DNA of 64,000 nt from the NCBI GenBank assembly GCA_963663035.1, contig OY760074.1:3104001-3168000 (forward strand). Direction: 5' to 3'. The notes beneath the pieces were generated by a model that searched no databases, was not told the origin of the DNA, and saw only the letters and a list, made by a program, of their open reading frames with translations. Source of the DNA: Acidobacteriota bacterium (lineage in GTDB: Bacteria; Acidobacteriota; UBA6911; RPQK01; JADFOI01). The position numbers and the translations under genes are program-made. Positions 58,382 through 64,000 of the stretch are shown in pieces (position 1 is the stretch's first letter; each line of letters opens with the position of its first letter).

Positions 58382-59362
58382 TTACAAGACTTGCCCAGCC
58401 AGGGCGGGCTCCAGACGTGACTCTCGGTCTCTTGATGCCGCTGTGCCCACAGCCTTGCCCGTCATCTTGAGAGTCACAACAAGACTGGTGGCAAGGAGAA
58501 GTACGCCAATTGTCAGGTGAGAGGTGGTGAGCCAGACTCTTGCCACGGTCGGCTGCACCTGGTTGGCCGGATCAATCCGAGTCAGATAGGCTCCCAATCC
58601 CAGTAACAGCTGGGCAAGAAGGAGGCTCAGTTCCAGGTACACCAGCCGAATGATACTGGCATCACGTATTCGCTTGATGAAGGCTCGCGACACAAAAATG
58701 ATCAAACCCGTCACAGCCAGGGCTCCCCCCAAATGCACAACCAGAGCCGAAGTCACCAGAACTGCTCCTTTTGTACCATTGACGGTACCTGAATGACGCA
58801 GAGCAGCGCCCAGTACATGCTGGAGGTAGAGAGCAAGAGTTGTGAGGACAGCTAAACGCAGTTCCCGCTCAGTCCCCTTTAAAGCCTCACGCCATCCTTC
58901 CCCGAGGAACCGGGAAAGATGAGTCCACTTGGGCGAGGTCACCACAGAGAGCGTGACGACCAGACAGAAAAACAAGGGGGCGATCGAAGCATGCAGGACT
59001 GAGATGGGAGTGGGAAGAAAGAAAAGAACCGTTATTCCTCCCAGAACTCCCTGAGCGATCACTGCCGCCAACGCAATCAGGCCCAGCCCACGTACCCATG
59101 GGAACGATCGGGCTTTCCACAACCAGATGTTTAGCACGATGGTTAAGAGGCCGACTGAAGTAGCCACCATCCGATGCCCGTGCTCGTAGAAGACACCACC
59201 GACCATTGGGGGCATCAGTTGACCCTGGGAAAGCGGCCAATCGGGCACGGAGAGACCGGCATCATTGCTGGTCACCAGTGCTCCCGCAATCACCAACAGG
59301 AAGGTCGCACAGGCAGTCGTCAGTGCGAAGTAGTGAAGACCCTTATGATATTGGCTGTCCAG
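58382..59362 (-). CDS. ctaA: COX15/CtaA heme A synthase family protein; probable CTG start
   Basis: GALVTSNDAGLSVPDWP, EHGHR, QGVLGG, conserved His residues; frame continues upstream to CTG 59362, which follows AGGAGGA. Confidence 0.85.
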   Translation of the reverse strand: MDSQYHKGLHYFALTTACATFLLVIAGALVTSNDAGLSVPDWPLSQGQLMPPMVGGVFYEHGHRMVATSVGLLTIVLNIWLWKARSFPWVRGLGLIALAAVIAQGVLGGITVLFFLPTPISVLHASIAPLFFCLVVTLSVVTSPKWTHLSRFLGEGWREALKGTERELRLAVLTTLALYLQHVLGAALRHSGTVNGTKGAVLVTSALVVHLGGALAVTGLIIFVSRAFIKRIRDASIIRLVYLELSLLLAQLLLGLGAYLTRIDPANQVQPTVARVWLTTSHLTIGVLLLATSLVVTLKMTGKAVGTAASRDRESRLEPALAGQVL

Positions 59363-59423
59363 TGTTGCTCCTCCTGCCGACTGTTTGAGTCCTGCTCTGA
59401 GGGAGCGCTTATTGTACCAGCTA

Positions 59424-59699
59424 AGTGCCGCGTTTCATAAAGACGGTAACCTTTGCTGATGGGGCTTGCGAGGGGAGGTCAAGGAGCGAGGAGGAGGCGA
59501 TGTCATTGGCATCGGTGACGACGAGCGACGCAGAGATCGCCCGCAACCCCCATCAGCCCGAAGGGTGGCGGCGGGACGGTATCGATTTCTTTGTCGCTCC
59601 TCCTCCACGATGCACACAGACATCGCGTCGTCGTCGCTTCGCGAACTCAACGCCGTCGCGCTCGCCACAAACGTTACCGTATTTATGAAGCTCGGCACT
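59424..59699. repeat. Structured palindromic repeat, family B full copy (276 bp)
   Basis: Imperfect ~26-bp terminal inverted repeats AGTGCCGCGTTTCATAAGACGGTAAC / GTTACCGTATTTATGAAGCTCGGCACT; two head-to-head structured halves. Confidence 0.8.
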
Positions 59700-59809
59700 G
59701 AACTAACTTTGTCTATGGGGGAAGCTAGGAAACTATGGGCTAGGCGCGAGAAGGGCGCTCCGGACTACTTCAGAGAGGCTGGACAGCATTCAAACGCCCT
59801 TCTCACTAG

Positions 59810-59848
59810 TACTTTCCAGGACTGATGGAGGGACATCCTGGAAAGTAG
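59810..59848. terminator. Hairpin downstream of the enoyl-CoA hydratase gene
   Basis: TACTTTCCAGGA...TCCTGGAAAGTA 12-bp arms; a second inverted repeat GAGAAGGGCG/CGCCCTTCTC lies just left. Confidence 0.45.
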
Positions 59849-59879
59849 CTGGGTCAATATACCAAGTCCTTCCGACATT

Positions 59880-60659
59880 TTATTTTCCCTTCCATTTTGG
59901 CTGTCTCTTCTCCAGAAAGGCGGACACTCCCTCTTTGAAATCTTCGCTAGTCCGTATCAAGGTGTTCAGCTGAAGGGCGACTCTCAGTCCGTCTTTGAGA
60001 CTCAAGCCCTGCAAATCACTCATGAGCTCCTTGGTTAACTTCACAGAGGTGGGGCTATTGCGGGAGATCTCTTCAGCCAACTCACGGGCTCTCTGGAGCA
60101 GGGACTCCTTTGCCACAAGATCATTGACCAGACCAATCTCCTGAGCCTCTTCAGCCGAGAACGGGCGGCCCGTCAACAACAACTCTCTGGCCTTTTTCTC
60201 TCCACAAATCCGCACCAGAAAAACAGCCACCAGAGCAGGCACAAACCCGACCTTGGATTCCGGATACCCGAAAACTGCATCCTCCGCAGCCAAGACGATA
60301 TCGCAGACGCTTGCCAAGCCACAGCCCCCACCTATGGCCGGCCCATTCACTGCAGCGATCACCGGTTTGGGGAACTCATACACTCTGTGAAAAAAGTTCA
60401 TCAGCCCCTCCGAGTAGCGACGGGCCTGTTCGGCTGATTGGGCCGTCAGATCTCGGAGAACGCTGAGATCGGCCCCTCCACAAAAAGCTGTCCCTTCTCC
60501 AGTAACAATGACCGCAGCCACATCATCGCGCTGTTGCACTTGATCCAGAGCGGTGTGAAAACTGGCAACCAGGTCCGGCGAAAGTGCATTTCGCACTTGT
60601 GGGCGATTCAGCGTGATCAATACCGAAGGGGGCTCGAAATCAAGTCTAACCGTTTCCAT
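59880..60659 (-). CDS. Enoyl-CoA hydratase/isomerase, methylglutaconyl-CoA hydratase-like
   Basis: LNRPQVRNAL, FCGGADL, NGPAIGGGCGL, EGVSAFLEKRQP; downstream of a carboxyltransferase. Confidence 0.85.
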   Translation of the reverse strand: METVRLDFEPPSVLITLNRPQVRNALSPDLVASFHTALDQVQQRDDVAAVIVTGEGTAFCGGADLSVLRDLTAQSAEQARRYSEGLMNFFHRVYEFPKPVIAAVNGPAIGGGCGLASVCDIVLAAEDAVFGYPESKVGFVPALVAVFLVRICGEKKARELLLTGRPFSAEEAQEIGLVNDLVAKESLLQRARELAEEISRNSPTSVKLTKELMSDLQGLSLKDGLRVALQLNTLIRTSEDFKEGVSAFLEKRQPKWKGK

Positions 60660-60681
60660 CTTTTCTCTCTGATCCAGAACT

Positions 60682-62307
60682 TTACACTTGGAGCACACCC
60701 GTCTTAAATTCCGGGATCTGCGGGTTGAGGGCCGCAATTTCCAAACTCAACTGTAAAGCCTCCCGAGTTTGGTGGGGTTGGATGATTCCGTCCACCCACA
60801 GTCGAGCGGCTGCATAGCGCGGATCGAGTTGATGGCCATAAGTTTCCTGGATACTTTCGAGCAGGTGTTGGCGGGCCTCCTGAGTAATCTTCTTTCCGCT
60901 CTTTTCCAGTTGGCGGACCTTCAAATCGAGCAGAGTCTTGGCCGCCTGTTCCCCCCCCATAACCGCATTGCGGCAGGTCGGCCAGGCGAAAATGAGACGA
61001 GGGTCATAAGCCTTACCGCACATGGCGTAATTGCCGGCCCCATAACTGCCCCCAATAATCACGGTAATCTTGGGAACGACACTGTTCGCTACCACATTGA
61101 CCAGCTTCGCTCCCGACTTAATGATCCCGGAGACCTCAGCAGCTCTGCCCACCATGAAGCCGTTCACATCTTGAAAAAAGAGAAGTGGAATTCGACCTTG
61201 GTTGCAATCCATCACAAAACGCGCCGCTTTGTCGGCGCTTTCCCGGTAGATCACACCTCCGATCTCTATGGGCTCACCGGGAATCTTGATGTGTTGCCTG
61301 CGATTGGCCACCACCCCTACAGACCATCCAGCCAAGCGGGCATAACCACAAATCAGGGTTTTTCCGTAGTCAGCCTTATACTCCGTGAACTCTCCCTGGT
61401 CGAAGATGCACTGAAATATCTTAAGCAAATCGAACTCTTCACTGGAGTCAAGCGGCATGAGATTGTAAATTTCTTTGGGCGGATGGCCAGGGGGTTTGGC
61501 CTCTACTCGCTGAAAAGGAGCCATGCCAGGTTCTGCCAGTGCCCCCACCAGCAGGCGAATACGCTCAAGACACTTTTCGTCTGTTTCCTCTCGAAAGTCG
61601 ATGGTTCCACTCATCGCTGAATGAAGCTGGGCCCCTCCCAGATGATCGCTTTCCACGTCCTGGCCAATGGCAGCCTTCACCAGGGATGGACCGGCAATGT
61701 AGAGACCACTTCCTTCGGTCATTAAGACTTTGTCGCACATGACGGGCAGATACGCTCCTCCAGCCACACAAGGCCCCATGACAGCTGCAATTTGTGGAAT
61801 TCCTTTGGCCGAGATGCGGGCGTTGTGGCAAAAGATGCGGCCAAAATCGTTCTCATCTGGAAAGACTTCATCTTGCAGCGGTAAGAAGACACCTGCGGAA
61901 TCAACCAGATAGATCAAGGGAAGATGGTTGTCCATGGAGATCCGCTGAGCCCGCAGCACCTTTTTAACGGTGCTGGGAAAGAAGGCACCTGCTTTGACCG
62001 TGGCGTCGTTGGCAACGATCATGAAATGTCGGCCTTGAACTTGCCCAATGCCGGTAATGACGCCAGCGGCTGGAGCACCGCCCCACTCTTGATACATCTC
62101 AAAAGCCGCAAACAACCCCAGCTCAAAGAACTCACTGTCAGGATCGATGAGATGTGCGATGCGCTCACGCGCAGTCAGGCGCCCCTTCTGGTGCTGCCTT
62201 TCGACGGCCTTCTCACCACCACCCAGTTGGACTTCCCGCTCAGCAGTCCCAACCAGGTCCAGGACCTCATCCCAGGATTGACACGTATCGAAATCCTTAC
62301 TCGCCAC
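60682..62307 (-). CDS. Acyl-CoA carboxylase carboxyltransferase (methylcrotonyl-CoA carboxylase beta-like)
   Basis: GRLTARERI, ANDATVKAG, GPCVAGGAYLP, DVNGFMVG, GSYGAGNYAMCG, AARLWVDGII. Confidence 0.9.
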   Translation of the reverse strand: MASKDFDTCQSWDEVLDLVGTAEREVQLGGGEKAVERQHQKGRLTARERIAHLIDPDSEFFELGLFAAFEMYQEWGGAPAAGVITGIGQVQGRHFMIVANDATVKAGAFFPSTVKKVLRAQRISMDNHLPLIYLVDSAGVFLPLQDEVFPDENDFGRIFCHNARISAKGIPQIAAVMGPCVAGGAYLPVMCDKVLMTEGSGLYIAGPSLVKAAIGQDVESDHLGGAQLHSAMSGTIDFREETDEKCLERIRLLVGALAEPGMAPFQRVEAKPPGHPPKEIYNLMPLDSSEEFDLLKIFQCIFDQGEFTEYKADYGKTLICGYARLAGWSVGVVANRRQHIKIPGEPIEIGGVIYRESADKAARFVMDCNQGRIPLLFFQDVNGFMVGRAAEVSGIIKSGAKLVNVVANSVVPKITVIIGGSYGAGNYAMCGKAYDPRLIFAWPTCRNAVMGGEQAAKTLLDLKVRQLEKSGKKITQEARQHLLESIQETYGHQLDPRYAAARLWVDGIIQPHQTREALQLSLEIAALNPQIPEFKTGVLQV

Positions 62308-62383
62308 GATTTACCCCTGCTTCACACGCCGCTGAATATTCATTTGCTCCAATGCATATGTTAGCATTGAGTCCGCTCAGGAG

Positions 62384-64000
62384 ATGGCCAGTTGTCAGCT
62401 GTCCGATGGGGAACTGATCCAGACCAAAACCATGACTTTCGATTTTTCCCAGCGTTTTCGGGAGAACTTGGAAAAGCTCTCCGAACAAGTCGCGCTTCAG
62501 CACATTACCCAGGAAGTAAAAGAATCCTTTACTTACCGCAGGATTGGTCAAGAGATTGCCAAAATCGGCCTGTTTCTAAAGAGTCAAGGCATTGGACCAG
62601 GAACCACCGTGGGGATTCTCATGGAAAATCAGCCCCGTTGGGGTATTGCCTTTCTCGCAGTGCAAAGTATCGGGGCTCGAATCGCTCCTTTTGACATCCT
62701 GCACGACGGCAAGACGCTGGCTGGGTTGATCCAACATGCCGAGTGCAAATTCCTCATCTCATCTGAGAAGTTATTCTCTGAAGTCAAAGAGATCCAGGAA
62801 CTTTTACCTGAACCTCTACCCACCTTGATCACCGGTCTACACGTCAAAGATGACTTCCACTGGGAGACGATAGTGGCCAAAAGCGAGGAGGCAACTCTTT
62901 CGCCCTGGGTGGAATGCGATCCGGACGAAGCGTTTGTACTCCTTTATACGAGCGGCACGACTGGGAATCCCAAGGGCGTTGTCCTCACGCGGCGCAATAT
63001 TTATCGAAATGTTCAGGAACTCCTGAACATCATCCGAGTGACCTCGCACGATCACATCCTCTCGGTGCTGCCCTTATATCATGTCTTGGCTCTGCTGGTG
63101 AACTTTATCATCCCGCTCACCGTGGGGGCCCAGGTGACCTATTTGGACTCCCTGGACGCTCAGCGCATTCTCAAGAGCTTTCAAGATGAAGGAATTACAA
63201 TTTTCGTCTGTGTTCCACAGTTCTACAATCTCCTCTATCACCGAATCCTTCAAGAGGTAAAAGGACAATCCCTGCTCAAAAGATTCCTCTTCCACCGGCT
63301 TCTCACTTTCTCTCACTTTTGTAATGAGCATATCGGCTGGAACCCGGGGAAGTTCTTCTTTTCGGCCATTCACAGACGTTTCGGCTCCCGCTTCCGACTC
63401 TTTGGTGTGGGGGGAGCGCACTTTGACCGAGAAGTTTCCGAGTACCTGCGAGACCTCGGATTTATCCTCGTACAGGCCTACGGCATGACGGAAACAGCAG
63501 CTCTCGCGACCATCACTCCTCCCGGATCCAAGGCTCAGGCTTCAGTGGGGCCACCTCTTTCCCACGTGAAGATTAAGATTGAGCAACCCAATCAAGAGGG
63601 GGTAGGGGAGGTTCTCATTAGCGGCGAAAACATTATGCAAGGCTACTGGAAGAACCCTCAGGCCACGACAGAGGTCCTGAAGAATGGATGGCTCCACAGC
63701 GGCGATCTAGGTTACTTGAACTCCCAGGGGCAGCTCCTCATCACCGGGCGCAAGAAAGATGTCATTGTGCTCAGTTCAGGGAAGAACATTTACCCGGAAG
63801 AGGTGGAGTATTTCTATGAGACCAATTGCCTTTCCATCAAAGAATTATGCGTTCTGGGGATACCTGACAGCACTGCCAGTCTGGAACAGGAAAAGCTCCA
63901 TGCTGTGATTGTGCCGGACTTCGACTACATGAAGAGCCGGCAAACAGTCAATACCTATGAAATGATCCGCTACATGCTGGATACTGTCTCACAGCGGCTT
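62384..64000 (+). CDS. Long-chain acyl-CoA/ACP ligase (AMP-binding), truncated by the window edge
   Basis: Not in the ORF track; open frame to the end with LLYTSGTTGNPKGV, QAYGMTET, WLHSGDLG, GRKKDVIVLSSGKNIYPEEVE; alternative start 62432. Confidence 0.88.
   Translation, partial: MASCQLSDGELIQTKTMTFDFSQRFRENLEKLSEQVALQHITQEVKESFTYRRIGQEIAKIGLFLKSQGIGPGTTVGILMENQPRWGIAFLAVQSIGARIAPFDILHDGKTLAGLIQHAECKFLISSEKLFSEVKEIQELLPEPLPTLITGLHVKDDFHWETIVAKSEEATLSPWVECDPDEAFVLLYTSGTTGNPKGVVLTRRNIYRNVQELLNIIRVTSHDHILSVLPLYHVLALLVNFIIPLTVGAQVTYLDSLDAQRILKSFQDEGITIFVCVPQFYNLLYHRILQEVKGQSLLKRFLFHRLLTFSHFCNEHIGWNPGKFFFSAIHRRFGSRFRLFGVGGAHFDREVSEYLRDLGFILVQAYGMTETAALATITPPGSKAQASVGPPLSHVKIKIEQPNQEGVGEVLISGENIMQGYWKNPQATTEVLKNGWLHSGDLGYLNSQGQLLITGRKKDVIVLSSGKNIYPEEVEYFYETNCLSIKELCVLGIPDSTASLEQEKLHAVIVPDFDYMKSRQTVNTYEMIRYMLDTVSQRL

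Noticed and set aside
59425-59825. Short ORFs inside the family B element (and 10107-10295)
   Set aside because: Their mutual peptide similarity (FINTVTF/FIKTVTF/INTIAF) is explained by the DNA inverted repeats; no RBS or domain evidence

Overview
A 64 kb bacterial chromosomal window, most likely from an Acidobacteriota genome (inferred from gene families such as a VWA protein, a conserved small protein at 6720 and a DUF1592/DUF1552/ankyrin module). It appears to span the replication origin: mnmG-parS-parA-parB converges on rpmH-rnpA-yidD-yidC-jag-mnmE, followed by pheA and an oriC-like region (DnaA boxes, DnaA-trios, AT-rich tract) with no dnaA/dnaN nearby. A selenocysteine trait is visible: selD has an in-frame UGA with a SECIS-like hairpin, and tRNA-Sec is present. 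The strongest candidate for a new system is a putative ether-lipid locus. It comprises a 1448-aa FAR/adenylation/ACP/acyltransferase fusion (ElbD-like), a very eukaryote-like alkyl-DHAP synthase (AGPS) and an SDR, which together could mirror the peroxisomal ether-lipid pathway. Other content includes a VapBC toxin-antitoxin pair and a ~9.7 kb periplasmic redox cassette bounded by two dnaE2 3'-end remnants. There are also iorAB, nadQ-nadA with a NadQ box, coproporphyrin-dependent heme genes, heme o/a synthases, leucine-catabolism-type genes, and two related families of structured palindromic repeats. All calls come from reading motifs by eye; no database searches were run.
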